DNA of 64,000 nt, taken from assembly GCA_051294375.1 (NCBI GenBank), contig CM119263.1, positions 10,810,703 to 10,874,702 of the forward strand, written 5' to 3'. The position numbers and the translations under genes were made by a program. The stretch is from Paraspadella gotoi. Taxonomy: Eukaryota; Animalia; Chaetognatha. The notes below the pieces were generated by a model, which worked only from the letters and a program-made list of their open reading frames with translations, searched no databases and had not been told where the DNA came from. Below are positions 14,180 to 26,563 of the stretch, piece by piece. Position 1 is the stretch's first letter, and each line of letters starts with the position of its first letter.

Positions 14180-14370
14180 CTTGATCTGTCTGTCTGTCTG
14201 TCTTGTCTTTGTTGTCTTTCTTTCTTTCTTGTCTTTCTTTCTTACTTTCTTTGTCTTTTTTCTTTTTCTTCTTCCTATCTTTCTTTCTTTCTTTCTTTCT
14301 CTTTTCTTTTCTATCTTTTCTGCTTCTTCTTCTTCTTCTTTCTTTTTATCCCTTTTCCTTTCTCTCCTGT
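14180..14370 (+). repeat. (TTTC/TTC)-rich low-complexity polypyrimidine tract; mirrored as (AAAG) tracts at ~35497-35700 and ~41710-41935
   Basis: Direct inspection. Confidence 0.85.
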
Positions 14371-14534
14371 CAGGCTGTCAGCCAGAATCCCCACAACTCA
14401 TTCTTAACCACTCTTCAACTTCGCTTTGCCACCACTTTCCACCGTTCACTGCCCGCCTCGCAGTTAACAATCCTCGGCTTCGTCCCTGCCGCCTCCCGAC
14501 TCAAACAGCCTCAATAAACAAACATCAATTTCTT

Positions 14535-14653
<119 letters not shown>

Positions 14654-15423
14654 CCCCACCCCGACCTCGACCGCTGGGCGCCAGACTCTCTCTGCCCTTC
14701 TTTAAATGGGACGAAAAAAAGAGAGAAATTATATTAAAAAAACGGAAGAGAGAGAGAAAAAAATTGTCTCGAGAGATAAAAGAAGGAAGGAGAAATCAAG
14801 CGGACCTTCAGAACTCTTTCCTTCTTCTCTTCCTTTTTTTTTTTTTTTTTTTTAGATATAGCCATTTTCGTGCCTCCCTTTTCTCCTTCGTTTCGCATTC
14901 TTTCTTTCTTTTCTTCTTTCTTCTGCTTTTCTTCTTTTCACGACTCCAAACTTCTTGTTTTCTTCTCAGCCAAAACTTCTCGTTTTCCTTTCGCTTTTTT
15001 TTATTATTAAAAAGAAATATTTTACGCACTAATCGTGTTTTAAATTTAGAAATTTAGCTCCATTTCGTAGAATTCGTTCCTATTTTCCTTCGAGGAAGTT
15101 TCTCTCCATTTTTCGTCTAAAACATGCACCAATAGAATTACGTAAAGCGTAATGTATGTAATATGTTTGTTTTAGGGCAAAACGAAAAATCGAGGAATAG
15201 CAAATTGGATAAAAATAAGTAAATCTGTCTCGGTTTAAAGTTGGGCAATGCAAGCGGAAGGTTCATCGCCCGCCACGCGCTTCTCCTGGCACACAAACTG
15301 CGACGCTGACAGAAAAAAACTTAAATATTTATGAATTTCTATTCTCATCAGTTTAAGTCGAAGTCTCTTTCCCACAATATTTGGCGGAACAGAACCCGGG
15401 GGAAATTGGAAGAGAGAGAGGAG

Positions 15424-15497
<74 letters not shown>

Positions 15498-15835
15498 AGG
15501 AGAGAGAGAAGCGAGAGAGAGAGAGGACAGACAATTGGATTTTGGAGTTTTGAGTGGTTTTTATTCTGATTTCGATTTAATACCTCGTAAAAACCCACTT
15601 CGTTTATCGCATACAATGGATTTTTCGAGTTTTACCATCGTTTCCATTAAAATTCGACAATTTTTTTTCCTCCATTTTTATTCGAGCGTCAGAGAAAAGC
15701 TTCTTTGCAGAAATACAAAAAGATAATTGTTACGTCTCATAAAATATTAAAATTGGGTAGAAGAGCGTTTGTCGTGACGTCTTGGTAACAAACGTCGGTA
15801 AAAAAACAAAAACAAACCTCAACTGTTTAAATTCT

Positions 15836-15860
15836 NNNNNNNNNNNNNNNNNNNNNNNNN
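15836..15860. other. 25-N assembly gap with overlapping flanks
   Basis: Sequence after the gap repeats ~15756-15828. Another 25-N gap at 34201-34225; other gaps at 3990-4126, 48552-48561 and 60504-60777. Confidence 0.95.
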
Positions 15861-16424
15861 TGGTAGAAGAGCGTTTGTCGTGACGTCTTGGTAACAAACG
15901 TCGGTAAAAAAACAAAAACAAACTCAAACTGTTTAGATTTTCTATTTATCCGCGACTCCCTATTTAGTAGTCTTTAAATGAGCTGAGAGTTAGTGATGTC
16001 TCTCAGGTATTCATATGCTTTATAAAAAGCCTTTAATGTCTTGGTGTTTAAGATGCAGAGAGTACTACAGTAAATAGTTTCCATAATTATCAAAAATATG
16101 ATGCACTAATACCATCACCTCTTTGCCTTCTCCCATGTGCCCATATTTTTTTGTCATCCTTTTTTCTTTCTCAATTTCCTTTTTTTTTCTCTTCCTTCCT
16201 CCTTTTGGGCTCCTCAGTATCGTTAACCTATCGTTCCTTCATCTCTCTCTTTAAGCAGAAACGAAACGACAAAGGACCCAAGTTTAGACTCTGGAACTTT
16301 GACTCTCTCTTCTCTGTCCTCTTCCTCCGCACTATACGTGGGGAAGAGAAGAAGAGAGGACGCTCGCATCGTTCATGTTACTTTCTCAAGAGGACAGAGA
16401 GAGACAGAGAGAGAGAGGAGAGAG

Positions 16425-16467
<43 letters not shown>

Positions 16468-17489
16468 CGCAAATCGAGAGGAGAGAAATATTTTCCTCAT
16501 TTGTTTTAGAGAAAGGAAAACAATTTTTTATTTTTATCTTCGATCTAAAAAAAAAAAAAAAAAACTGAAGAAAGAAAACCATATAACGGAAAACAGGAAA
16601 CACTTTAGTTTCGAAAATCAAAAAAAGCAATGAGAAGAAATTAGATCTGAGAGAAACAGAAACAAAGGGCGGGAAAAGGGAATGGAAAATCGGGGTGATA
16701 TTCTGCGCGAAGTGGAGCAAGGGGGGAAAGATTGGGGGGGGGGTTTCTGGCTGGGATGGGGGGGGGGGAATGACGCGACGAAGAACCGACCTTCGTTCTT
16801 CCTGGTGGGAATTCGAGTTGAAAAACGTCGACAGCGGCGAGAAAATATGGGGTGAGAATCGAGAAGGTGGTGGTTCGAGGAATTCCAGGGAGTGGCAGTG
16901 GTGTAGGAGTTGAGTGGAGTGAAGCGTGCGGCGGGTGGATAACATGGGTCAGGATTGATGCAAGGAAGATCTGTCGATGAATAAGAAATTAGGGTTATAG
17001 AGGTGATTCATGAAAAGAGAAGTGGTAATTGAATTCTCGTCGAAACTGTTTTCACGTCAAAGCACAAAATAATCTAATCAAAAGAAAGAAAATTACTAGT
17101 TACAGTTAAGAAAGGAGTATACGACTTAACTATATGCAATAATATTGAAGAAAAAAAAATCCTTATTACAAATTTAATACGATTTCCATATAATAAAATA
17201 ATAGTAAGATAATCATATAATTAGTGTAGTTTATGAAAATGTTCATCGATTACCAAAGAATTGCCCGCTTGTTGCAATCCCGCCTCTCAGATAACTGTCG
17301 AAGGAAGGGGTCATCTATGTTCCGGCAGTGTGACGAAAGGAGAAGAGGGATTGAGGTCGAGCGAGGAAATCTGCTTCGGGGATTTCGTTGGACAATCGCC
17401 TCCTCAACCGAGAAGCTTTTTAGTTGATCAGTAGAATTATTCAATGCGTCAAAAGGGAAAAGAAAATCCATAGTCATTGACGGGAGAGA

Positions 17490-17527
<38 letters not shown>

Positions 17528-18114
17528 CGAGAGAGAGAGAGAGAGAAGAAGAGAGAGAGAGAGAGAGAGCGCAAAGAGCGGTAAACGTTAGTTTCCCGTA
17601 GAGTGTGGCTTTCTGTTTGAGCAGCCAATGGGAGGTCGAGGCATCAGTCGAAGCTTGGAAAACCATTTACGGACAAAAGCGACTGGACTTGTGCGTTGAT
17701 TGGATTGTGGGTGGGAACCGGAGTTTGATTGTATCGGGGCGCGACCTGGCCTGGTTTGATAGGTGGTTGAACCCTAGTCGTTGATTTGAGAGGTGACCTG
17801 GTTTCTATTGATAGGTACATGCGACAGTGGACACTGGATAATAAAATATTCACTGAGAATTCAATTACAAAAATACAATCACTGGAAACGTACATTTTAA
17901 AAAAAAGATTACCAATTTTGCAAATGCGAGATTTAAAATAGAAACATCAGCATGAGAAAATTGTTTATAACATTAGAATTTGAAAAGGAGCCATTTGAAG
18001 TGGTGGCTCATTGTTTGTGGATCAATTAGTCGTAGTCGCGCGACCGTGATGCTCCGAGTCTTTGCGGTGAAAGTGGGAAGCCAGTGGACGTCGGGGTGGA
18101 CACGTGGGAGGGAA

Positions 18115-18428
18115 AGGAGATAGGGAAGGGGTTAGCAAGAAGATAAGAAGCGGGTTAAGAAGATAGAGAAGCGGTTAACAAGAAGATGAGAAGCGGTTAG
18201 CAAGAAGATAGAGACGGTTAACAAGAAGATAGAGAGCGGTAGCAAGGAGTAGGAAGCGTGTGAGCAAGAAGATAGAGAAGGGTGAGGCAAGAAGATAAAG
18301 AAGCGGTTAACAAGAAGATAGAGAAGCAGTTAGCAAGAAGATAGGGAAGCGGTGAGCAAGAAGATAGAGAAGCGGTTAGCAAGAGATAGAGAAGCGGTTA
18401 GCAAGAAGATAGAGAAGCGGTTAGCGAG
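18115..18428 (-). repeat. Same 23-bp minisatellite, roughly 13-14 units
   Basis: caagaagatagagaagcggttag units. Confidence 0.85.
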
Positions 18429-20560
18429 AACTTGATCGAAAAACTCGAATGAGGAATAATATATGTGTGTCTGATCGACAAAGAGATGGAAAATGTTCAA
18501 TTGTATCATGGACGCCTGAGGTTGTTGTCAAACCCACCGTAACTTGGGGTGGTCGACGCCTTGGTTGAGATGAGGTGGTCTTCGTCGAGGGTCTGGGGCT
18601 GACGAGAGAGCCGCGGGTAATGAATAGACTGATGACCGCCAGTGCCAAACAATTTGTAACGCAAACGAAGAAGAAAAGCGGGGGGGCGTCGACAAAAGGG
18701 GGCGCCATTGTTGTTGTTATTTCATTGAGTGTACTGCAATCGTTTTCTAGTTCCTTCCTAAGAGGACAAGAGAATCGAGAGAGCCCATACTATTGAGCGT
18801 ATTCCTCGATTGAGAGCCGATGCGCCCGAAGTATATCCACGCCACGATCGGATCCTCGCCGGAAGCTCCCAGCGACGCCGCATCGTTGAAAGAGGCGCCG
18901 TCGGGGGACGGGGGGGGGAAGGGAGGCGCGTTCGGCGTTGAAGGGAACGAACGACGCCGAATTTCTCATCAACAATTGTTCCGATTCCCTGAGCTCCATT
19001 CGCGCTCGTTTAACGAAGACTCCAACCCAAAAGCGGCGCCTTCCTACGCTTCTTCTTTTTTTACTTTCTTTCTTTCTATTATGTGTTTTGTTTTGTTTTT
19101 TTCTTTATTTTTCTTTACTTTTTCCCTATACGCTTGCTAATGATTTGTTTTCTCTATTTTTTTTTTAAACTCCTTCTGTTATTTTCTATATAAATTTCTA
19201 TATCTATAGCAGCAATGATAAGTGTTAGCCCACGCACATAGACACTAGGAAAAAATCGTTTTGCCCTTTAGTTATTTTCACAGTTTTATTTCTGAAATTT
19301 TTTCTTCAATTTTAAATTATATAATATGTGATTTTATATTCTATTATAATAACATTTTTCGTGACTATCCCCTCTGCAGTCACGACAGGGCAAAAGTAAT
19401 CCTGCAATTTCTCCATTTCTCTAAAGAAAAAAAAGAAATCACAAAAGTTTCCCAGGCCGCTTATTTCACCTCGTTCCCGCTCCCCCATTTTCCTGAAGCC
19501 CGGATGTTATCGTTTCTCGTTCCGCCGTCCCTTTCCCGCCATTGTTACGCCGTTGCGAGGGTGATTTCTCATTTCCCGCCTTTTCGGGCGTCGAAGGTGG
19601 CGTCGCCATTGACGTTGCGATTGGGCATTGACGCTGCCAGACCCCAGCACCCGGCTGTCTCGTGTTTGTCTCGCGGTAGATCCGAAGCTGACGAAGCGGT
19701 TTCTGAGTCGGCTACCGTTGCCTTGCGGGTACCCGGCTGCTCTCCCAAAGCTCCTTCTCCCTCCCGGCGTGTTGATTCCCTTGTTAAAATTTTATTCGAC
19801 TGTTGGCTACCGGTCTCCCTTTTCAAATAACTTATTGGCCAAAATTTGCGGATACTTTCGAATTTTATAAATCCAACGTTCGGCTAAATTCGCAAAGACT
19901 ATGGAAAAAAATTGCGACCCGAAGATGCGACGGCTAGATTATTTTTTAAATTGGCTTCTGTTCCATTTGGAATGAATTTTTCAAAAAAATCCATTCGTAG
20001 AATCACCTCTTTCTCGAATTGAATTTGAAATTGTGACGCATAACAATATCATAACTTTTGAAGTTTTTTAAAAAGAAATTTTAAACAAAGTCAAGTATTT
20101 TTTGTATTACTATTAGAAAACCAGGTACTGGTTCATTTTTAGATTATTAATACTAGCGGATTAACGTACTCGCTCCGAAAGGGAACCGAACCGACGTTAT
20201 ACTACGAAAAGAGAACGTCAATTCCAATACTTACTCATTACCTCACTTTCCCGCCGCAAGCCACCAGATGCCACGCACGTGCCACACTTCACTTCACCTC
20301 AACGTTTACGGTCCGGAATTTTATGAATTCAATCGATTTTTCTTCCCACGAAAATGAACCTAAACTCATCTCGTTTTCTCTCATCGCTTCTCATCATTTT
20401 CCCCCGTTTCAGCGGACGTCTCACTCATCAACTTTATTTTCTACCTATTCTTTACCATTCTCTACTCCATTTCCTCAAGATTTCCTCCACTTCCTCATTT
20501 CCTCCTCCGGTTATTTCATCTGAATCCCATCTCCTCCCCCTTTCCTTTGATCCTTCTCAG

Positions 20561-20701
20561 GTCTCATTGTTCTACGTCTTGAGTTTCCCTGCGAGCTGCA
20601 CGAACCGGGAGCGTTGCCTCTTGGCTGGGAAGGTTTGGCGAACGGGTCGCCACCATTGCCCTCCAACGCCACCGACGAAGATCCCAGACTTTGCAGAAGA
20701 A
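20561..20701 (+). CDS. Exon encoding one LDL-receptor class A (LDLa) repeat
   Basis: tccttctcag| acceptor and A|gtaagg donor, phase 1-1 as is typical for LDLa exons. Consensus of the two arms reads approximately C-S-T-F-E-F-P-C-E-L-H-E-x-G-x-x-C-L-W-L-G-x-V-C-D-G-V-x-H-C-x-N-A-T-D-E-D-P-R-L-C (six Cys, CDG, acidic xDE). The reading needs indel correction. Confidence 0.65.
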
Positions 20702-21008
20702 GTAAGGAGAGAGCAGGAGATGGGAGTCATGAGAGAGTAGGAGAGGAGAGAGAGAGGAGAGAAGAGAGACGAGAGAGAGAGGGAATGAGAGAGAGGAGAT
20801 GAGATGGATGAGAGAGAGATTTAAAAAGTATACGTTGTTAGTTAATAATTAATTAATTAAACAATTACATGTCCGCTGTTTGTAGTGTATAACAATTGAA
20901 GCGTGTTGGTATTTTCTGCCAATAAGAGCTTTTTATTAATATCGTACACTTTAGAATTCGTTTGTAGTACTAGCCTTGCGTACTTTATATACTTTTTTGC
21001 CTTCCCAG

Positions 21009-21786
21009 CCTGCCCCGGCGACCGCTCCTTCATGGCGTCGACTTCGACTGATGGCCGACTTTGTGACCAGTATCCTCCACCGTACTACCACAACTTTTCT
21101 TTGGACTCGCCGCCGCAACAACAACAAATCCGCAGTTGTCCACGGTAATAGAAAAGAGGCAACGACCTCGCCGACTCCCCAAATCGGCTCTGTCGATGCG
21201 CGCCATTCTCGGTCGCGACTCGGCCGGAAGTGCGTGGCGGTGGCGTCGTGGTGGCGAGGCGTCGACGATTGCTGCCAACGCCGCCGAGAGGAGGGACTGC
21301 CGGCGCCGCGACTGAGATTGTGCGGCGCCCAACGCGGCGAAGACCCGACGCCGGCTCGACTTCGACACGAGGACGGGAGGTTCAAGATGGCGATGGAGGA
21401 GGGGAGGAGAGAGGGAGAGGACATCGCGCGACGACGCGGACCCGCTGAGCGAGGAGAGAGGATTACGACGAGGCGATGGCGCGAGAGAGGAAGCGTTCGG
21501 GACGACGACCGTCGACAGCTGCGTCCGAAGAGCGCGGAGAACGTCGACGCGCCCCTCTCGAAAGGGATTTGCTCTCGAGCTCTGGATCGTGTCACCCCAG
21601 CTCCGCAACAGATAATCACGAGCACAACGGAAAGATCAACGGCCAAACAGACGTGCAACACCAGACTACATCATCAACACAGACAACAACAGCGATCCGC
21701 GACTCGCGAAGGACAATCCTCACAGAGGACAATCTGTGAGAAAAGCGATTACTCGATTATGGTTATGAGTCGAAGACGCAAAGAAG
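21009..21786 (+). CDS. Exon of the same gene: Cys-rich start (TCPGD...), an LDLa-like repeat and an acidic low-complexity spacer
   Basis: ttttttgccttcccag| acceptor in matching phase; consensus approximately RDSAECVAVASWCxGVDDCANAADEEDC near 21210-21305; AAG|gtgagg donor; GC-rich; frameshifted in both copies. Confidence 0.5.
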
Positions 21787-22533
21787 GTGAGGATTAGGAA
21801 AGACCGCGCTGCGTTGGTTATATTCGAAAGTCGAGTTAAAGTTCTGGTATTAAATCAATATAATAAATCTAATGATGCTGCCTTATCTCGCTCCGAAGCG
21901 TTCATCATCGTTAAACTTAAAAAAATTGTTGCGTTGATCGGTTGCTAATCCGCGGCGATTTTCTTCGGGAAAGCGGGCGGTTGTCCAAAACGCCGCGCTG
22001 GCGTGGCTGTCAGAAGCACGGAAGTGGGAAAGAGCATCATCATATACGTCATTTATCGTTCAGGCATCAAGCCTTTTGTTGGTCGAGAGAAAGCTATTGT
22101 TGAAACCGCCAAAAAATAATGAAAACTATCAGAATTTGAGAGAAACATGGAGAAGAGATGAAGACAGAGAGAAGAGAGAGACCGGGAGAGGAGAGAGAGA
22201 GAGAGAGACGAGACTGGAGGAAAGAAAGAGAGATGGATGGAAGCTGATATGGCGGAAACAGGAACTAAAATATTAATTGAAACCCATTGATGATTTAAAA
22301 ACTGAAAGGTAAACGGGAAAGACGTATGATTTCAAAGGCTACGGGAATTCGGAAGAGAAATCGCCATTTTCAAATATTAAATGTCGTTTTGAATTTAATT
22401 TTATTAATTATTTATCTTCATATGAATTGAAACTGATAACACAGGAAAAATTAATGGAAAAAAAATGCATTGAGCCAAGAAAGGGAATCTCAACAATTCT
22501 CGAACCATTTTCATCCCTCCTCCATCGACGCAG

Positions 22534-23100
22534 AGTATCAAAAGCCTGAAGCGGTGACGGGCTTCTATCCTCGGCATCGACAAGACGCATCTTCATCGGT
22601 CGCATTCGCTCCCTGTTGCTGCTGACCCTGTGCTGGCGGCTGCATCCGCACCTCATTACGACAAAAAAACGCAGCACGGAGTTCCCGCTGACCAAGAGGA
22701 AAAGGAGAAAGAAAGAAGAAAAAGGAAAGGCCAGAGCGCGGCCAAGAAGACCGAGAGCTCTGATCACAAGGCGAGTCCGACCGCGGCACCGCTATACCCC
22801 AGCAGCAGCGGTGGCGGCGGCACGTCCGCCTCCCCGCCGCCGGGGTCCCGCCGGCCGCAAAGACGGAAAGCCGGCCGGACGGGCGCGACAAGCAGGAAAG
22901 ATGCTGGATCCTGGCGCCGCTGGAGAGGAGGCTCCTCACGTGATCAGAAGGGCCGCAGGCTCCGCCCTCGACGACAAGGCGGAGCTCCTAAGGCGGCCGA
23001 GGCTGGACGGCGTCGTCGTCGTTCCCAGCAGCGAAGCGCGCGCCGCACCCCCTCAGCCCCAAAGCACCGCCACTGCCCCGGCCGCGCCGATCCGGTCCGT
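22534..23100 (+). CDS. Exon of the same gene with a probable single transmembrane segment and basic stop-transfer region; 3' end undefined
   Basis: ccatcgacgcag| acceptor; the two arms give IFIGVGIV... and LLLLTLCWRL... followed by KKRSTEFPLTKRK in both copies. Confidence 0.4.
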
Positions 23101-26100
23101 CCTCCTCGTAGTCCATCCTACTGCAGAAACAGCTGCTGGGGTACCCTGTTACCATGGGACGGACAGGGTGTGACGCGCACGCCGCACAGCCGTGTCTGCC
23201 AGCGCCACCGGCGGGCGGAACCCGGCGGCCGAGGGGCACTAACTCATTTCTCGCCACCCATCAGACTAACATAAAGACGATCGTGCAACTGCGGCGGACG
23301 GCGAGGATCGTTCCGCGGCGCGGATCTGCGTATTATTATCTCTACCGCACAAAAGTCTCGTTACTAACCCTACCACACGTCTCAAAGCAATAAGAGACTC
23401 TTTCTTCGGAGTTTGTGTAGGCGCCCGACACCCCGACCCCGCCGGCGGCCCTCCCAATGGTGCTGACGGGACGGCTTAGGTTCCATTGACAGGGAATCCG
23501 GCGGATTAGGGATCGGCGACCTCCAGCGCGCGATTCGCGCAGTAGGATCGGCGCCTGATTTGGGATCTGATCGCTTACAACAGAGGAAATATAGGTCGAA
23601 TCGACGACGCAGATGACCGGCTACGCGAATCTCGCCGCGAGCCGACGCGGCTAGGATCTTCCGACTGATAAGGGAACGTGCGATCACGCCGACCGCGATC
23701 TCGTAGAGGAGAGAAAGAGATCTGTGACCATGAGACTGGCACGCATCCGCGATCGGAGCATAGAGACCGGATAGAAGACTCCAGGTCGAGGCACTCATCT
23801 CACCCTGGGAGTTATACGCGTGCCCGCGCCTAGCTCACTCCATCTGCCCGCTGCGTTAGCCACGCGCCGCCGCGAAGGAACAGGGGTGATACTCGAGATA
23901 ACAGTGCGGTTATCACGATGCCGGCATCTCTGGTGATGCGCCTCGACGTCGATCCGCGACGCGACGCAGGCCAGCATTACTGAGTGTCTACGATCTCCTC
24001 GACTGACCTCGGTGAGCAACAGCGGCACGATGGATGCGGCCCCCGAATCAGGTGACGCACATCCATAGGCCCTGTCCGAGCCGCGCGAGAGGGAAAGGTT
24101 GGAACAAGACCAAAGGAAGAGGAAGGTATGAGTGGAAGAGAAGAACCTTCAAAGAGAGAGACACGAAAACGGTAAGAAGGGAGAGGATCACGCCGGCAAG
24201 CATACTTTCATGGACAAACTGAAGCACGCCACTGCACTTGGATCACCACGCATACTAACCATCACAACACCATAGAAAGCACGATGGCATCACAAACCCA
24301 CTGCCCGACCGGTTAACAACGTCTCACCACCCCTCCCAGAGCAGCCGAGAGCGCCAGGACGTCCCCCCCGAGGACGAGTCAAGCGCGGCATTACCACTAC
24401 GGGTGACAGCGAGGATCACAAGTCAAGAACTAGATACCACTACCACTACGACTCTCAGATTCGATGACAGCCCCCATCCTCGCGATCAAACAGGACGGCC
24501 CGAGCCCGATCCCATGGGGCGAGGAGCTCACTGCCCCACATGCACGGACGAATATATTCGGCACTCGGCCCGCCTGGCACGGAGACCGAACTCTCACCCC
24601 GATCTCCCGACCGATGAAATTCCTGGAGTATGAACGCCTCCAGGGTCCAACTGCGGCGATCCCGTTCCCGCCGGAACGCATCTCGTGCCTTCTGATCTCT
24701 CTCTGGGGTAATTTTAATATTTTATGAGACGTAACAATCATCTTTTTTTATTTCTGCAAAGAAGCTTTTCTCTGACGCTCGAATAAAAATGGAGGAAAAA
24801 AAATTGTCGAATTTTAATGGAAACGATGGTAAAACTCGAAAATCCATTGTATGCGATAAACGAAGTGGGGTTTTACGAGGTATTAAATCGAAATCAGAAT
24901 AAAAACCACTCAAAACTCAAAATCCAATTTCTGTCTCTCACCCCAGAGAGAGATCAGAAGGCACGAGATGCGTTCCGGCGGGAACGGGATCGCCGCAGTT
25001 GGACCCTGGAGGCGTTCATACTCCAGGAATTTCATCGGTCGGGAGATCGGGGTGAGAGTTCGGTCTCCGTGCCAGGCGGGCCGAGTGCCGAATATATTCG
25101 TCCGTGCATGTGGGGCAGTGAGCTCCTCGCCCCATGGGATCGGGCTCGGGCCGTCCTGTTTGATCGCGAGGATGGGGGCTGTCATCGAATCTGAGAGTCG
25201 TAGTGGTAGTGGTATCTAGTTCTTGACTTGTGATCCTCGCTGTCACCCGTAGTGGTAATGCCGCGCTTGACTCGTCCTCGGGGGGGACGTCCTGGCGCTC
25301 TCGGCTGCTCTGGGAGGGGTGGTGAGACGTTGTTAACCGGTCGGGCAGTGGGTTTGTGATGCCATCGTGCTTTCTATGGTGTTGTGATGGTTAGTATGCG
25401 TGGTGATCCAAGTGCAGTGGCGTGCTTCAGTTTGTCCATGAAAGTATGCTTGCCGGCGTGATCCTCTCCCTTCTTACCGTTTTCGTGTCTCTCTCTTTGA
25501 AGGTTCTTCTCTTCCACTCATACCTTCCTCTTCCTTTGGTCTTGTTCCAACCTTTCCCTCTCGCGCGGCTCGGACAGGGCCTATGGATGTGCGTCACCTG
25601 ATTCGGGGGCCGCATCCATCGTGCCGCTGTTGCTCACCGAGGTCAGTCGAGGAGATCGTAGACACTCAGTAATGCTGGCCTGCGTCGCGTCGCGGATCGA
25701 CGTCGAGGCGCATCACCAGAGATGCCGGCATCGTGATAACCGCACTGTTATCTCGAGTATCACCCCTGTTCCTTCGCGGCGGCGCGTGGCTAACGCAGCG
25801 GGCAGATGGAGTGAGCTAGGCGCGGGCACGCGTATAACTCCCAGGGTGAGATGAGTGCCTCGACCTGGAGTCTTCTATCCGGTCTCTATGCTCCGATCGC
25901 GGATGCGTGCCAGTCTCATGGTCACAGATCTCTTTCTCTCCTCTACGAGATCGCGGTCGGCGTGATCGCACGTTCCCTTATCAGTCGGAAGATCCTAGCC
26001 GCGTCGGCTCGCGGCGAGATTCGCGTAGCCGGTCATCTGCGTCGTCGATTCGACCTATATTTCCTCTGTTGTAAGCGATCAGATCCCAAATCAGGCGCCG

Positions 26101-26563
26101 ATCCTACTGCGCGAATCGCGCGCTGGAGGTCGCCGATCCCTAATCCGCCGGATTCCCTGTCAATGGAACCTAAGCCGTCCCGTCAGCACCATTGGGAGGG
26201 CCGCCGGCGGGGTCGGGGTGTCGGGCGCCTACACAAACTCCGAAGAAAGAGTCTCTTATTGCTTTGAGACGTGTGGTAGGGTTAGTAACGAGACTTTTGT
26301 GCGGTAGAGATAATAATACGCAGATCCGCGCCGCGGAACGATCCTCGCCGTCCGCCGCAGTTGCACGATCGTCTTTATGTTAGTCTGATGGGTGGCGAGA
26401 AATGAGTTAGTGCCCCTCGGCCGCCGGGTTCCGCCCGCCGGTGGCGCTGGCAGACACGGCTGTGCGGCGTGCGCGTCACACCCTGTCCGTCCCATGGTAA
26501 CAGGGTACCCCAGCAGCTGTTTCTGCAGTAGGATGGACTACGAGGAGGACGGACCGGATCGGC
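23086..26563. repeat. Perfect 1624-bp inverted repeat (23086-24709 / 24940-26563) around a 230-bp spacer
   Basis: Identical mirrored ORFs whose coordinates all sum to 49649 (e.g. 24403..24633+ / 25016..25246-; 23382..23798- / 25851..26267+); first mismatch at 23085/26564. Confidence 0.95.

Noticed and set aside
23154-26495. Short ORFs in the perfect inverted repeat as genes of a TIR transposon, virus or bacterial insert
   Set aside because: No transposase, viral or bacterial motifs, and no target-site duplication. The repeat grades directly into the larger mirrored host sequence.
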